A DNA stretch of 64,000 nucleotides. It comes from an uncultured Bacilli bacterium (GTDB taxonomy: Bacteria > Bacillota_I > Bacilli_A > RF39 > UBA660). Shown here piece by piece: positions 1-11,144 of this stretch. The notes beneath the pieces were generated by a model. The model saw nothing but the letters and a program-made list of their open reading frames with translations, searched no databases and was not told the DNA's origin. The position numbers and the translations under genes are program-made. The stretch is taken from assembly GCA_934130005.1 (NCBI GenBank), contig CAKOXD010000001.1, positions 78,897 through 142,896 on the forward strand, in the 5' to 3' direction. Positions within the stretch are counted from its first letter, which is position 1. Each line of letters begins with the position of its first letter.

Positions 1-546
1 TTTGTTTAATATTCTTTCTTCTACTCTTACAATATATTTTGTTCCTTTTTCTTCAATCTCTATCCATTCTAATTTTTCTTTATATTTGTTTAATATTTCT
101 TCTTTTATTTTTTCTTTTTCTTTATATGATTTTTTTATATTATATTTTTTTATATCATATTTTTTTAGTTCTTCCTTTATAAATTTTCTCATATTATAAT
201 CATTATGAATTACTTCTACATCAAATATTACATTAGATAATATATATATAGTAATAATTCCAATTATAATAAATAAAAGTAAGAATTTATTTTTTTTTAT
301 TATTTCTTCTAGATGTTTTAATCCATAACATCTTTTTATATCAACTTCATATATTGTTTTAATTTCTTCTATTTTTTCTATATCTTTACTATAAATTATT
401 ATTTCTATTTCATTATATTTATTTTTTTTTAAATCAAGTATTTCTATTCTGTTTTTTATTAATCTTCTAATAAATCTTTCTATATTTTTTCCGTTAATAT
501 TTAATTTTGTTTTATTTTTAAAAATATATATAAAACTATTCTTCAA
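1..546 (-). CDS. yqfD: Sporulation protein YqfD-like, N-terminal part; the gene runs off the window start
   Basis: The minus-strand frame is open from a TTG at 544-546 to position 1. The translation LKNSFIYIFKNKTKLNINGKNIERFIRRLIKNRIEILDL... resembles the YqfD N-terminus. It sits directly downstream of a yqfC-like gene, as in Bacillus. An AGGTGA ribosome-binding site overlaps the yqfC stop. Confidence 0.5.
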   Translation of the reverse strand, partial: MKNSFIYIFKNKTKLNINGKNIERFIRRLIKNRIEILDLKKNKYNEIEIIIYSKDIEKIEEIKTIYEVDIKRCYGLKHLEEIIKKNKFLLLFIIIGIITIYILSNVIFDVEVIHNDYNMRKFIKEELKKYDIKKYNIKKSYKEKEKIKEEILNKYKEKLEWIEIEEKGTKYIVRVEERILNK

Positions 547-550
547 TTTA

Positions 551-787
551 TCACCTAAGTTCTATATTATTAATATTTCCTTTTATTAAAATAGAATCAT
601 TCATTAGTTTTGATATTATTAAATTATCACCTTTAACTATTACTTCTCCATTATCATATTTTACTATTATTTTATTATTATCAAAATGTCCAATTTCTGT
701 ATAGTTTTCTATTTTTATCTTGTTTTTTAAAACATTCATAGAAAAATAATCTTCAAGTAAATAGCTTCTAAATTTATGAATGTTCAT
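551..787 (-). CDS. yqfC: YqfC/YabP-family sporulation protein
   Basis: The 78-aa ORF contains the YabP-like motif NGEVIVKGDNLIISKL...ILIKGNINNIE. A yqfD-like gene follows it. Confidence 0.6.
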   Translation of the reverse strand: MNIHKFRSYLLEDYFSMNVLKNKIKIENYTEIGHFDNNKIIVKYDNGEVIVKGDNLIISKLMNDSILIKGNINNIELR

Positions 788-851
788 ACTATCACCTATA
801 TAATAATATTAATTTTAAATTAAAATATGAAAAAAAGTAGTAAATCTACTT

Positions 852-2618
852 TTAATAATTTTTTAAAAATTCTTTTAATTTCATTGATATATTAGAAGGT
901 AATATTTTATTTAAATCATCAATGCTAGCTTCTTTTATATTCGAAATCGTTTTATATTTTTTTAGTAATTCTTTTTTTCTTTTTTCACCTATTCCATCTA
1001 CATTATCTAAAATACTTGAAAGTGCTCCTTTACTTCTTATATTTTTATGATAACTTATAGTAAAATTATGTACTTCATCTTGCATTCTTTCTAAATAATA
1101 GAATAAATTACTTTTCTTATCTACTTTTATTTCCTCTATCGGTTCATTAGCAAGTAATGCTTCTGTAGTATGTTTATTATCTTTTTTTAATCCTACTACT
1201 TTTATATTTAAGTTAAGACTTTTAATAACTTCACGTGCTACATTTATCTGCCCTATACCACCATCTACAATAATTAAATCTGGTCTTTCTAAATCATCTC
1301 TTAAAACTCTAAAATATCTTCTATATATAACTTCTCTCATTGTTCCATAATCATCATTTTTATCAGTTGTTATTTTATATTTTCTATATTCATTTTTAGC
1401 TTTTTCACCATTTTTAAATACAACCATACCAGATACATTAAAAGTTCCAAATAAATTAGAGTTATCAAATAATTCAATTCTATCTAATTTATCTAATTTT
1501 AAAACTTTCATTAATTCTTGATTAGCTAAATATGTTCTATTTTCATCTTTTTCTATTAATTCATAATCATTTTCTATTTTTATTTTAGCATTCTTATTTG
1601 CCATTTCTATCAATTTATTTTTAACACCTTTAATTGGTATTTTAACACTTGTATTTAAGTATTCTTCAAGTATTTTAGCATCAACTATATCTGGTACTAA
1701 TATTTCTTTTGGTACTAAAATATTTTTAGTATAAAAGCTTGCGATAAATCTTGTTAATTCTTCATTTATTTCATCTATCAATGGTATAGTCTTAGATATT
1801 CTTTCTTGAATTTTACCACTTCTTATAAAAAATATTTGTATACTTAAATATCCTTTAAATTCATAATATCCAATCACATCTCTATCTATACTATCATTTA
1901 TTTCTACTTTTTGTCTTGTAAGTGTTATTTCTATATAATCAAGCATTTCTTTTATTTCTAATGCTTTTTCATATTCCATCTTCTCACTATAATCATTCAT
2001 TTGTTTTTTTAATAATTCTTTTACATAATCATGGTTTCCTTTTAAAAATTCTATTATTTCTTTTTCCATTTGTCTTATTTTTTCTTCGTTATTTTTATAT
2101 TTACAATAACCTAAGCATTGTCCTATATGATAATATAAACATGGTTTTTTTTCATATGTTTTACATTTTCTTAAAGGATATATTCTATTAAGTAAATTTA
2201 CTGTAGAACGTGCAGCTGTTACATTAGGATATGGTCCATATAATCTATCTGTTTTTTTCTTTTTACCTAAATGTCTTACTATCATAAGCCTTGGTACTTC
2301 TTCATTTGTAAGTTCAATATATGGATAGCTTTTATCATCTCTAAGTAATATATTATATTTTGGATCATATTTTTTTATTAAATTTATTTCTAATATTAAT
2401 GATTCTGTTTCAGATTCTACTACTATAAATTCAAAATTTGTTATTTCACTTACTAATTTAGCTGTTTTTCCAGTATGAGTTCTATTAAAATATGAAGATA
2501 CTCTTCTTTTTAATTTTTTTGCCTTTCCAACATATATGACAACATTATCTTTATTCTTCATTAAGTAGCATCCTGGTTTATCAGGTAATAATTCTAATTT
2601 TTTCTTTATAAAATCCAT
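852..2618 (-). CDS. uvrC: Excinuclease ABC subunit C
   Basis: 588 aa. The N-terminal GIY-YIG motifs are present (PGCYLMKN...VIYVGKAKKLKRRVSSYF). Overall UvrC architecture with a C-terminal HhH region. Confidence 0.95.
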   Translation of the reverse strand: MDFIKKKLELLPDKPGCYLMKNKDNVVIYVGKAKKLKRRVSSYFNRTHTGKTAKLVSEITNFEFIVVESETESLILEINLIKKYDPKYNILLRDDKSYPYIELTNEEVPRLMIVRHLGKKKKTDRLYGPYPNVTAARSTVNLLNRIYPLRKCKTYEKKPCLYYHIGQCLGYCKYKNNEEKIRQMEKEIIEFLKGNHDYVKELLKKQMNDYSEKMEYEKALEIKEMLDYIEITLTRQKVEINDSIDRDVIGYYEFKGYLSIQIFFIRSGKIQERISKTIPLIDEINEELTRFIASFYTKNILVPKEILVPDIVDAKILEEYLNTSVKIPIKGVKNKLIEMANKNAKIKIENDYELIEKDENRTYLANQELMKVLKLDKLDRIELFDNSNLFGTFNVSGMVVFKNGEKAKNEYRKYKITTDKNDDYGTMREVIYRRYFRVLRDDLERPDLIIVDGGIGQINVAREVIKSLNLNIKVVGLKKDNKHTTEALLANEPIEEIKVDKKSNLFYYLERMQDEVHNFTISYHKNIRSKGALSSILDNVDGIGEKRKKELLKKYKTISNIKEASIDDLNKILPSNISMKLKEFLKNY

Positions 2619-2658
2619 AATATCACCTCTTAAATTATAACAAAAAAAAGATATTTTT

Positions 2659-2871
2659 TTATCTTATTTTTGAATTTTTCTTAATTTTCGTTTTAACACA
2701 TTCTAATATTTCTAATTTTTCTTCATTTGAAAGTATCTTTAATTCTTTATTATTTTCAGATATTTCTACAAGTCTTAACAAATTATTTATCTCTATTTGT
2801 TCTGATAAACTTGGAAATTCACGTTTTATTGCTATTTTTAAATTTTGTATTTGTTCTGCTTCAAAACTCAT
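2659..2871 (-). CDS. Small hypothetical protein
   Basis: 70-aa ORF on the same strand directly upstream of uvrC. No recognisable motif. Confidence 0.35.
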   Translation of the reverse strand: MSFEAEQIQNLKIAIKREFPSLSEQIEINNLLRLVEISENNKELKILSNEEKLEILECVKTKIKKNSKIR

Positions 2872-2951
2872 ATTATTTTTCCTTTCTTGACCAAATATTA
2901 TACATTTTTTTTATTTTTTGTCAATTATGTTATAATATATTTGGTGATTAA

Positions 2952-3536
2952 ATGAATACTATAAATAACAATGTAAATAATGAGTATTTAATAAACAAAT
3001 CTAAATTTATATGTTACCTAATTAAAGTAGATAATATAAGTGATATTGATTATAATTTAAATTATTTAAAACAAAAATATAATGACGCTACTCATATATG
3101 TTATGCCTATATTATTTCAAACATAAAAAGATTCAATGATGATAATGAACCATCTGGTACAGCAGGAATGCCTATTTTAAATGTATTGGAAAATAATAAT
3201 TTAAATTATGTTTTAGCTGTAGTAATAAGATATTTTGGTGGTATTAAATTAGGTGCTGGTGGTCTTGTTAGAGCTTATACTAAAAGTGTTACATTAGCTC
3301 TAGATAAGACAAGCATAAAAAAAATAAATAAATGTCTAAGGATAAGTATATGTTTTAATTATAATGAAACAAAATTAATTGATAACTTATTAAAAGATAT
3401 TAATATTATAGATAAAAAATATGATGATAATATAATATATACTTTTATTATTTTAAAAGAAGATTTTGATAAAATTAATAATTTATTATTACTAAATAAT
3501 ATTAAAATAATAAAAAAGGAAGAAATTTTATTTTGA
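2952..3536 (+). CDS. yigZ: YigZ/IMPACT family protein (UPF0029)
   Basis: Conserved block PSGTAGMPILNVL...VVIRYFGGIKLGAGGLVRAYT typical of the IMPACT/YigZ N-domain. Confidence 0.8.
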   Translation: MNTINNNVNNEYLINKSKFICYLIKVDNISDIDYNLNYLKQKYNDATHICYAYIISNIKRFNDDNEPSGTAGMPILNVLENNNLNYVLAVVIRYFGGIKLGAGGLVRAYTKSVTLALDKTSIKKINKCLRISICFNYNETKLIDNLLKDINIIDKKYDDNIIYTFIILKEDFDKINNLLLLNNIKIIKKEEILF

Positions 3537-3674
3537 TTCTTCCTTTTTTTGTATCTTTTGTTCTTTTGTTTCTTCTTTTTTATTTAAATCTGGTAAAATT
3601 ATTTCTATTCCATTAAGATCACATAATTCATTTAAGTATTCTAAATTATTTTTTGTATCTGCTTTTAGTGCCAT
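3528..3674 (-). CDS. Small ORF (48 aa) translationally coupled to miaB
   Basis: GGAGGA lies 6 nt before an ATG at 3672-3674, and that Shine-Dalgarno sequence is inside the last miaB codons. The product is MALKADTKNNLEYLNELCDLNGIEIILPDLNKKEETKEQKIQKKEESK. It is below the 60-aa threshold of the ORF track. Confidence 0.35.
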   Translation of the reverse strand: MALKADTKNNLEYLNELCDLNGIEIILPDLNKKEETKEQKIQKKEESK

Positions 3675-3675
3675 A

Positions 3676-5103
3676 TTAATCCTCCTTAATTACACCATCC
3701 ATACTCCATGTTTTAACTTCTTTTATCAAAATATTTTGAATTGTACCTATATATTTTTTATCAGCTTTAATGTTAACAAGTTTCATAGTATCTGTGTAAC
3801 CCATTAATGTATCATTTCCTTTTTCACTATACCCTTCAATTAAAACTGGAACAACTTTATTTAAATACTTCATATTTGCTTCCTTCGAATATTTATTAAC
3901 TGCTTCATTTAAACGTGCTAATCTCTCTTGTTTTATTTCTAATGGAATATCATCATTCATTTTTGCAGCAGGTGTTCCAACTCTAGGTGAAAATATAAAA
4001 GTAAATGCTCCATCATACTTACATGTATTTACAACATCTAAAGTTTCTATAAAATCTTCTTCTGTTTCTCCGGGAAAACCAACTATAATATCAGTTGTTA
4101 TTGAACTATATGGTAATGCTTCTTTTAATTTTTTATAAAGTTCTAAATAAGATTCTTTAGTATATCTTCTACCCATAAGTTTTAATATTTTATTAGATCC
4201 TGATTGAAGTGGTAAATGAATATATGGCATTATATTATCATATTTTTTTATTACGTTTATCATTTCATCTGTAAAATCCCATGGATGACTTGTTACAAAT
4301 CTTATTCTTTTAATTCCTGTTTTTGCTACATCTTCAAGAAGATTTTCCATTTTATAATCTTCTTCTAAATCTTTCCCATATGCATTAACATTTTGACCTA
4401 AAAGTGTAACTTCAAGATATCCGTCTTTTACTAATTCTTCTACTTCTTTTAATATATATTCTTTTTTTCTACTTCTTTGTTTTCCTCTAGTATATGGAAC
4501 AATACAATATGTACAAAATTTATCACAGCCATACATAATATTTATCCAAGCTTTATATTTAGAATCTCTTTTTACGGGAATATCTTCTACTATATTTCCT
4601 TCACAACTAAATACTTCAACTTCAAGTTTTTTTTCGTCAAGTGATTTTTTTAATATATGTGGTAAATTATGAATATTGTGTGTTCCAAAAACTATATCCA
4701 TCCATTTATATTCACTAATAATTTTGTTTACAACAACCTCTTCTTGTGCCATACAACCACATATACCAACTACTACACTAGGTTTTCTCATTTTTAAATT
4801 TTTAGCTCTACCTAAATATCCAAATACTTTATTATGTGCATTTTCCCTAATAGCACATGTATTAAGTAAAATTAAATCTGCTTCTTCCATATCTTGTGTT
4901 TCTCTATATGACATTTTTTCTAATATTGCCTTTATATTTTCAGAATCATGTTCATTCATTTGACAACCATAAGTTTTCAAAAAATATTTTTTATTTTTAC
5001 CTAATTCCTTTAAAGATTCATCTACTTCATATTTATCTATTTCTATTTTGTTTCTTGTTCTGATTTTTGCCTTATTTAAATTTGGTATTAACATACATAT
5101 CAC
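3676..5103 (-). CDS. miaB: tRNA-i6A37 methylthiotransferase MiaB (radical SAM)
   Basis: N-terminal UPF0004 motif FLKTYGCQMNEHDSE (MiaB-type, not MtaB or RimO). A radical-SAM CxxxCxxC motif (CTYC) and a C-terminal TRAM-like region are present. Confidence 0.9.
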   Translation of the reverse strand: MICMLIPNLNKAKIRTRNKIEIDKYEVDESLKELGKNKKYFLKTYGCQMNEHDSENIKAILEKMSYRETQDMEEADLILLNTCAIRENAHNKVFGYLGRAKNLKMRKPSVVVGICGCMAQEEVVVNKIISEYKWMDIVFGTHNIHNLPHILKKSLDEKKLEVEVFSCEGNIVEDIPVKRDSKYKAWINIMYGCDKFCTYCIVPYTRGKQRSRKKEYILKEVEELVKDGYLEVTLLGQNVNAYGKDLEEDYKMENLLEDVAKTGIKRIRFVTSHPWDFTDEMINVIKKYDNIMPYIHLPLQSGSNKILKLMGRRYTKESYLELYKKLKEALPYSSITTDIIVGFPGETEEDFIETLDVVNTCKYDGAFTFIFSPRVGTPAAKMNDDIPLEIKQERLARLNEAVNKYSKEANMKYLNKVVPVLIEGYSEKGNDTLMGYTDTMKLVNIKADKKYIGTIQNILIKEVKTWSMDGVIKED

Positions 5104-5158
5104 CTAAGTAATTATAACAAAAAAAAACTAACTATACAATTACTTATTTTATTCTTAG

Positions 5159-5575
5159 TTAATTTTTTTTAGTAATTACTTTTATCTTAATTTTTTGATT
5201 TATATAATTAATCATATAATTTACAATTTTATCAACTTCTAAAACATTTACTGGTTTTGAATTTTCTATTATTTTTTTTATTTTTTCTTCAGTTAAATTA
5301 ATTATTATAATTTCTGATTTTAAATCTATATATGAATACTTTGGATTTTCAGTAGCTATAAGTATTAAATTTATAAATCTATCATAATTGTTATCCTCAG
5401 ATATTTCAAATAATTTATTAATATCTTGATATTTTTTTAGCATATCAAAAGATTCCATTATTTTTTTCAATTCATGCATATAACCTTTCAAGTATTCAAA
5501 ACTAACATCATGATAACAATAACCATATTTATATAATAATGTAATATATAACTTAGTAAATTCTATTTCTTCCAC
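5159..5575 (-). CDS. Hypothetical protein
   Basis: 138-aa ORF between miaB and dnaJ. No motif recognised. Confidence 0.45.
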   Translation of the reverse strand: MEEIEFTKLYITLLYKYGYCYHDVSFEYLKGYMHELKKIMESFDMLKKYQDINKLFEISEDNNYDRFINLILIATENPKYSYIDLKSEIIIINLTEEKIKKIIENSKPVNVLEVDKIVNYMINYINQKIKIKVITKKN

Positions 5576-5656
5576 TTAAATCACCTTTATCATTATATGT
5601 TTTATTATATGAAATTTTTATCGAATTTTGTAAAAAAAAGATAATTTTAATTATCT

Positions 5657-6766
5657 TTATAAATATTTATTTATTTTATTTATTTCATTATTTGGATCTA
5701 AGTTAGTACTATTCAATTCTTCAAATAATTTTTTTTGTTCTTTTGTAATTTTTTTAGGAATTATTATATTTAAAATTACATACATATCTCCTTTATTATT
5801 AGAGTTTACATTAGTAATTCCTTTTCCTTTTAACCTATGTCTATCACCTGATAAACTTCCTGCTGGTATTGTTAGTTTTACATTTCCATATAATGTAGGT
5901 ATATCTTTTTTACAGCCTAAAACTGCTTCTGTTATCGTAATTGGAAGCTCTATATAAACATCATTTTCTTCTCTTTTAAATAGAGGATGTTCTTTTACAA
6001 CAAATTCTAAATAAACATCTCCATTTTCTCCTCCATTGCTTCCCATTTCTCCTTTACCTTTTAGTCTAAGTCTATTTCCAGTATCAACACCAGCTGGTAT
6101 CTTAACTTCAATTGTTTTATTTTCTTTTATTTTACCTAAACCGCGACATTTAGGACATTTTCTATCAAAGGTATAACCATCTCCACCACATGTATGACAT
6201 GTAGTTCTTGATTGAAAAACGCCAAACATAGTTCTTTGTTCTACAACTTCCATTCCACTACCATTACAAGTTGGACATGTTTTTTTAGAATGACCACCAA
6301 GTCCATTACATTCCGTACATTCTGTATAAACGTCCATTTTTATGTCTTTTTCACAACCAAAAACTGCTTCCTCAAATGTTAGATTTATTCTCATAAGTGA
6401 ATCATTACCACGTCTTGCTCTATTTGATGATTTTCTAGAACCACCAAATCCAAAACTACTACCAAATAAATCTCCAAATATATCGGAAAAATCAAAATCT
6501 CCGAAATCAAATCCAGAAGCACCTGCACTACCATTTTGAAATGCAGCATGTCCATATCTATCATATTGACTTCTTTTTTCTTTATCAGAAAGCACAGCAT
6601 ATGCTTCTTGTATTTCTTTAAATTTTGCTTCAGCATCCGGTTCTTTTGAAACATCAGGGTGATATTTTTTAGCTAATTTACGAAATGCTGATTTTATATC
6701 TGCATCGCTAGCATTTTTATCAACACCTAAAACTTCATAATAATCTTTTTTATTCACATACTTCAC
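5657..6766 (-). CDS. dnaJ: Chaperone DnaJ
   Basis: J-domain start KDYYEVLGV with HPD. A G/F-rich region and four CxxCxGxG zinc-finger repeats are present. Confidence 0.95.
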   Translation of the reverse strand: MKYVNKKDYYEVLGVDKNASDADIKSAFRKLAKKYHPDVSKEPDAEAKFKEIQEAYAVLSDKEKRSQYDRYGHAAFQNGSAGASGFDFGDFDFSDIFGDLFGSSFGFGGSRKSSNRARRGNDSLMRINLTFEEAVFGCEKDIKMDVYTECTECNGLGGHSKKTCPTCNGSGMEVVEQRTMFGVFQSRTTCHTCGGDGYTFDRKCPKCRGLGKIKENKTIEVKIPAGVDTGNRLRLKGKGEMGSNGGENGDVYLEFVVKEHPLFKREENDVYIELPITITEAVLGCKKDIPTLYGNVKLTIPAGSLSGDRHRLKGKGITNVNSNNKGDMYVILNIIIPKKITKEQKKLFEELNSTNLDPNNEINKINKYL

Positions 6767-8571
6767 CTTCTTTTTGTTTTATATAAATTTTTAAATTCAT
6801 CAATTGTCTCATCAAACATTTTAATAGCACTTTCTATTACATCACTTTTAGTAACATCAACACCAGCTACTTTAAGTTCATTAACAGGGGTATCACTACC
6901 ACCTAATGTTAAAAACTTCAAATATTTTTCTAAGGCATTTTCTTTTTTATTTACAATACCATCTACAATGTAGCATGCACAAGATAATCCAATAGCGTAT
7001 TTATAAACATAAAAATCATAATAGAAATGAGGAACTCTCATCCATTCATATCTAATTAAATCATCAACGACTACATTATCCCCAAAATATTTTTTATTTA
7101 ATTTATAATATTCATTCGATAATAATTCATTAGTTAAAACTTTGCCTTGTTCTTTTATAGCATGCATATCACGTTCAAACTCAGCAAACATAACTTGTCT
7201 ATAAATTGTTGTTCTAAAAAGTTCCATCATATTATTTAATATATATAATTTTTCTTCTTTATCTTCACTATTTTCAAGTAAATAATGATTTAACAACATT
7301 TCATTAACAGTAGAAGCAACTTCTGCTACAAATAATCTATAACTTGAATTATTATATGTATTATTTTTACATGAATAATATGTATGCATTGAATGTCCTA
7401 ATTCATGAGCAAGGGTTGAAACATCATTTAATTTTCCTTCAAAGTTTAAGAGTACGAATGGGTTTGTATCATAAAATCCACTAGAATAAGCTCCGCCTCT
7501 TTTTCCAACATTGTTATAGACATCTATCCATCTTTCATCAAATGCTCTATTTATATTTTTAATATAATCTTCACCTAAAATACTTAATGCTTTTATAACA
7601 GTATTTTTTGCATCTTCAAATGTATATTCTTTATCATATTTTTTTATTAATTCAACATAATTATCATATAAATGTAATTCTTCTAAATTTAATATTTCCT
7701 TTTTTACATCAAAATATTTATACACTATGTCCATATTTTTATTTATTGTATCAACTAGATTATTATATACATCAGGTGTTATATTATCTCTAAACAAAGA
7801 AGCTTCTAAACTACTATTAAAGTTTTTCATTTTAGCTATACTTGTTAAATATTCTACATTTCCTTTAAAAGTGGTTGAAATAGTATTTTTAAAATTAGAG
7901 TATGTACTAAATAAAAGTTCAAATGCATTTTTTCTAACTTTTCTATCTTCTGATTGTAAAAATACTGTATAATTACTTTCTGTAAGTTCAACATCTTTTC
8001 CTGTTTCATCTTTAACAATGCCAAATTTCATATCAGAATCTGTTAATGCTTCATATGCCTCTTCAGGTATATCAAGTACTTTGGATAAAATAGATAACAT
8101 CTTTTCTTGGTCTTCTGTTAATTTATGATTTTGGTGTCTATAAAATTGTTGTAAATTAAATCTATATTTTTCTAATTCTTTATTTTGTTTTATATATTCT
8201 TCTACAGTTTCGTATGATTTTTCATACATTTCTGAATCTACAAATGAAGACTCTTCACTATATTTTGTAAGTAAATCATCTATTAATCCTTTATATTCTT
8301 GATATTTTGTATTTGTTGTATCTGAATCAAAATTCAAATGAGCATAATAATATAACTTATATAATTTTCTTGTTAAATCATCATCAAATTCTAAATATTC
8401 TAATAGAGAATCTGCACTATCTAGCAATTTTCCTTTGAAATTTTTTACTTTTTCCATTTCTTTACTTACAATTTTTATATTTTCAAAGAATTCTTTTTCA
8501 GTTTTAAATATTGTAGTTAAATCCCATTTATATCTTTCATCTATTTCATTTCTTGTTTTTTGTTTTTCCAT
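6763..8571 (-). CDS. pepF: Oligoendopeptidase F (M3B family)
   Basis: 602 aa. HELGHSMH zinc motif and M3-type architecture. It overlaps the dnaJ start by 4 nt. Confidence 0.85.
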   Translation of the reverse strand: MEKQKTRNEIDERYKWDLTTIFKTEKEFFENIKIVSKEMEKVKNFKGKLLDSADSLLEYLEFDDDLTRKLYKLYYYAHLNFDSDTTNTKYQEYKGLIDDLLTKYSEESSFVDSEMYEKSYETVEEYIKQNKELEKYRFNLQQFYRHQNHKLTEDQEKMLSILSKVLDIPEEAYEALTDSDMKFGIVKDETGKDVELTESNYTVFLQSEDRKVRKNAFELLFSTYSNFKNTISTTFKGNVEYLTSIAKMKNFNSSLEASLFRDNITPDVYNNLVDTINKNMDIVYKYFDVKKEILNLEELHLYDNYVELIKKYDKEYTFEDAKNTVIKALSILGEDYIKNINRAFDERWIDVYNNVGKRGGAYSSGFYDTNPFVLLNFEGKLNDVSTLAHELGHSMHTYYSCKNNTYNNSSYRLFVAEVASTVNEMLLNHYLLENSEDKEEKLYILNNMMELFRTTIYRQVMFAEFERDMHAIKEQGKVLTNELLSNEYYKLNKKYFGDNVVVDDLIRYEWMRVPHFYYDFYVYKYAIGLSCACYIVDGIVNKKENALEKYLKFLTLGGSDTPVNELKVAGVDVTKSDVIESAIKMFDETIDEFKNLYKTKRR

Positions 8572-8628
8572 TTTTTTCTCCTTTAATAGTGATAAAGTTC
8601 TAGATAACTAGAACTTCACCATAAATTA

Positions 8629-10458
8629 TTATTTTTCTTCAAATTCAGCATCTACTACTGTATCATCTTTTTTATCATTATTAGTTGAATCATTAGATTC
8701 ATTATTTTCATTTGCTTCTTTTGCTTTTGCAGCTTCTTCATATACTTTAGTTGCAAATGCCATAGCTGTTTCTTGTAATGCATCTTTTTTAGATTTAATA
8801 TCTTCAATGTTATCTTTTTCCATTGCATCTTTTAATTCTTTTATTTGTTTTTCAGCTTTTTCTTTATCTTCACTACTAATTTTATCTCCTAAATCTTTAA
8901 TTGATTTTTCAGTTTGGAATACTAATTGTTCTGCTTCATTTTTAACTTCTGCTTCATTTTTTTTCTTTTCGTCTGCTTCACGATTAGCTTCGGCTTCTTT
9001 TACCATTTTATCAATTTCATCATCTGATAAATTAGTAGAAGATGTTATAGTAATTGATTGTTCTTTTCCAGTACCTAAATCTTTTGCTTTAACGTTTACT
9101 ATACCATTAGCATCTATATCAAAAGTAACTTCAATTTGTGGTACTCCTCTTGGTGCAGCAGGTATATTTGTAAGTTGGAATCTACCTAAAGTTTTATTAT
9201 CACTTGCCATTGGTCTTTCACCTTGTAAAACATGTATATCAACAGCTGGTTGATTATCTGCAGCAGTTGAGAATACTTGACTCTTACTAGTTGGAATTGT
9301 TGTATTTCTTGGAATTAATACTGTACATACATTTCCCATTGTTTCAATACCAAGTGAAAGTGGTGTAACGTCTAATAATACTATGTCATCTACTTCTCCT
9401 TGAAGTACTCCACCTTGAATTGCAGCTCCCATAGCAACTACTTCATCTGGGTTAACTCCTTTTGATGGTTCTTTTCCTAATTCATTTTTAATTAAATCAA
9501 CGACTTTTGGTATACGAGTAGAACCACCAACTAATAATATTTTATCTATGTCATTTTTAGTTAAATTAGCATCTTTTAAAGCTTTTCTTACTGGTTCTAA
9601 AGTAGAATCTAATAAATCACCTATTAAATCTTCAAATTTTGCTTTTGTTAAATTTACTGATAAATGAAGTGGTCCATTTTCACCTTGAGTAATAAATGGA
9701 ATAGAGATTTCAGTTGAAGACATTCCACTTAAATCTTTTTTAGCCTTTTCAGCTGCATCTTTAACTCTTTGCATAGCCATTTTATCATTAGTTAAATCAA
9801 TACCATTTTCACGTTTAAATTCACTAACTAAATAATCCATAATTCTTTGATCGAAGTCATCTCCACCTAAATGGTTATTACCACTTGTTGATAATACTTC
9901 AAATACACCATCACCTAATTCAAGAATTGAAACGTCAAATGTTCCTCCTCCTAAATCGTAAACTAATACTTTTTCATTTTTATCTTGTTTATCAAGTCCA
10001 TAAGCAAGTGCTGCAGCAGTTGGTTCATTAATAATTCTTTCAACTTCTAATCCTGCAATTTTACCAGCATTTTTAGTTGCTTGTCTTTGTGAATCATTAA
10101 AATATGCTGGAACAGTTATAACTGCTTTTGTAACTTTTTCACCAAGATATGCTTCAGCTGTATTTTTAAGATCAGTTAAAATCATAGCAGATATTTCTTC
10201 TGGAGTATAATCTTTTCCATTTACATGAACTTTTTCACTAGTTCCCATTTTTCTTTTAATTGAATATACTACATCTGGATTTGTAATCATTTGGTTTTTA
10301 GCTTTTATACCAACGATTGTTTCTCCATTTTTAAATGCTACTACTGATGGAGTAGTACGACTTCCTTCTGGATTAGCTATTACTTTAGCTTCTCCACCTT
10401 CATATACACATACACAACTATTTGTTGTACCTAAATCTATACCTATTGTTTTACTCAT
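8629..10458 (-). CDS. dnaK: Chaperone DnaK (Hsp70)
   Basis: [10 protein letters not shown] and DLGGGTFD motifs, with a C-terminal EEK tail. The start is probably the MSK at 10458. The ORF could extend to 10467. Confidence 0.95.
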   Translation of the reverse strand: MSKTIGIDLGTTNSCVCVYEGGEAKVIANPEGSRTTPSVVAFKNGETIVGIKAKNQMITNPDVVYSIKRKMGTSEKVHVNGKDYTPEEISAMILTDLKNTAEAYLGEKVTKAVITVPAYFNDSQRQATKNAGKIAGLEVERIINEPTAAALAYGLDKQDKNEKVLVYDLGGGTFDVSILELGDGVFEVLSTSGNNHLGGDDFDQRIMDYLVSEFKRENGIDLTNDKMAMQRVKDAAEKAKKDLSGMSSTEISIPFITQGENGPLHLSVNLTKAKFEDLIGDLLDSTLEPVRKALKDANLTKNDIDKILLVGGSTRIPKVVDLIKNELGKEPSKGVNPDEVVAMGAAIQGGVLQGEVDDIVLLDVTPLSLGIETMGNVCTVLIPRNTTIPTSKSQVFSTAADNQPAVDIHVLQGERPMASDNKTLGRFQLTNIPAAPRGVPQIEVTFDIDANGIVNVKAKDLGTGKEQSITITSSTNLSDDEIDKMVKEAEANREADEKKKNEAEVKNEAEQLVFQTEKSIKDLGDKISSEDKEKAEKQIKELKDAMEKDNIEDIKSKKDALQETAMAFATKVYEEAAKAKEANENNESNDSTNNDKKDDTVVDAEFEEK

Positions 10459-10473
10459 AAATATCACCTTTCC

Positions 10474-11142
10474 TTATTCACTAACTTTAACCATTGCTGG
10501 TCTAATTACTTTATCTTTTAAAATATATCCTTTTCTTAAAACATCAACAACAGTTCCTGATTCTTTATCTGATTTTTCAGTCATAACTGCTTGATGATAA
10601 GCAGGATCAAATGGTTTATTAACACCATCAATTGGTTTAATATCAAATTTTTCTAAAACAGTAATTAAATTTCCATATACCATTTTAAATCCTTGTAAAA
10701 ATTTTGATACTTCATCTTCTAAATTATCATCATCCATCTTGATTGCACTTTCGAAATTATCAATAATTGGAAGCATTTCAAGAATTAAATCTTCATTTGC
10801 ATATTTAAGCATTTTTGATACTTCATCATCTTTACGACGACGATAATTTATCACTTCTGCTTTTTCTCTTAATAATTTATCATTTAATTCATTTATTTCT
10901 TTTAAAGCAGAATCTAATTTTTCTTTTAATTCTTTTTCTTCTTTTTTACCTTTGTGTTTTTCTTTTGAATCATGTTTTTTTGAATCATCAGAATGTTTAA
11001 CATCTTCTGTTTTGCATTCGCATTTATCATTACATGTGCATTCATCTTTTTTACATTCACATGTTTCATCACATGTTACTTCAGCATTTTGATTAGAGTC
11101 ACTATTTTGATTACATGTACAATTTTTTAAATCTTTTTCCAT
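10474..11142 (-). CDS. grpE: Nucleotide exchange factor GrpE with a Cys-rich N-terminal extension
   Basis: The core GrpE region (LKEKLDSALKEINELNDKLLREKAEVINYRRR...) is preceded by about 45 residues containing nine Cys in CxC-type spacings. Confidence 0.9.
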   Translation of the reverse strand: MEKDLKNCTCNQNSDSNQNAEVTCDETCECKKDECTCNDKCECKTEDVKHSDDSKKHDSKEKHKGKKEEKELKEKLDSALKEINELNDKLLREKAEVINYRRRKDDEVSKMLKYANEDLILEMLPIIDNFESAIKMDDDNLEDEVSKFLQGFKMVYGNLITVLEKFDIKPIDGVNKPFDPAYHQAVMTEKSDKESGTVVDVLRKGYILKDKVIRPAMVKVSE

Positions 11143-11144
11143 GT

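Noticed and set aside
2-199. 65-aa plus-strand ORF at the window start
   Set aside because: It lies antisense to a continuous yqfD-like minus-strand reading frame. Its product is a low-complexity F/I/L/S-rich antisense-AT artefact.
1922-2191. Numerous 60-150-aa ORFs antisense to long genes (for example 1922-2191, 8807-9253, 12698-13156, 29232-29705, 41802-42545, 55603-55788)
   Set aside because: They are fully embedded in well-supported genes on the opposite strand (uvrC, dnaK, sigE/spoIIGA, adh, deoD and others). Their products are hydrophobic low-complexity strings typical of antisense frames in AT-rich DNA.
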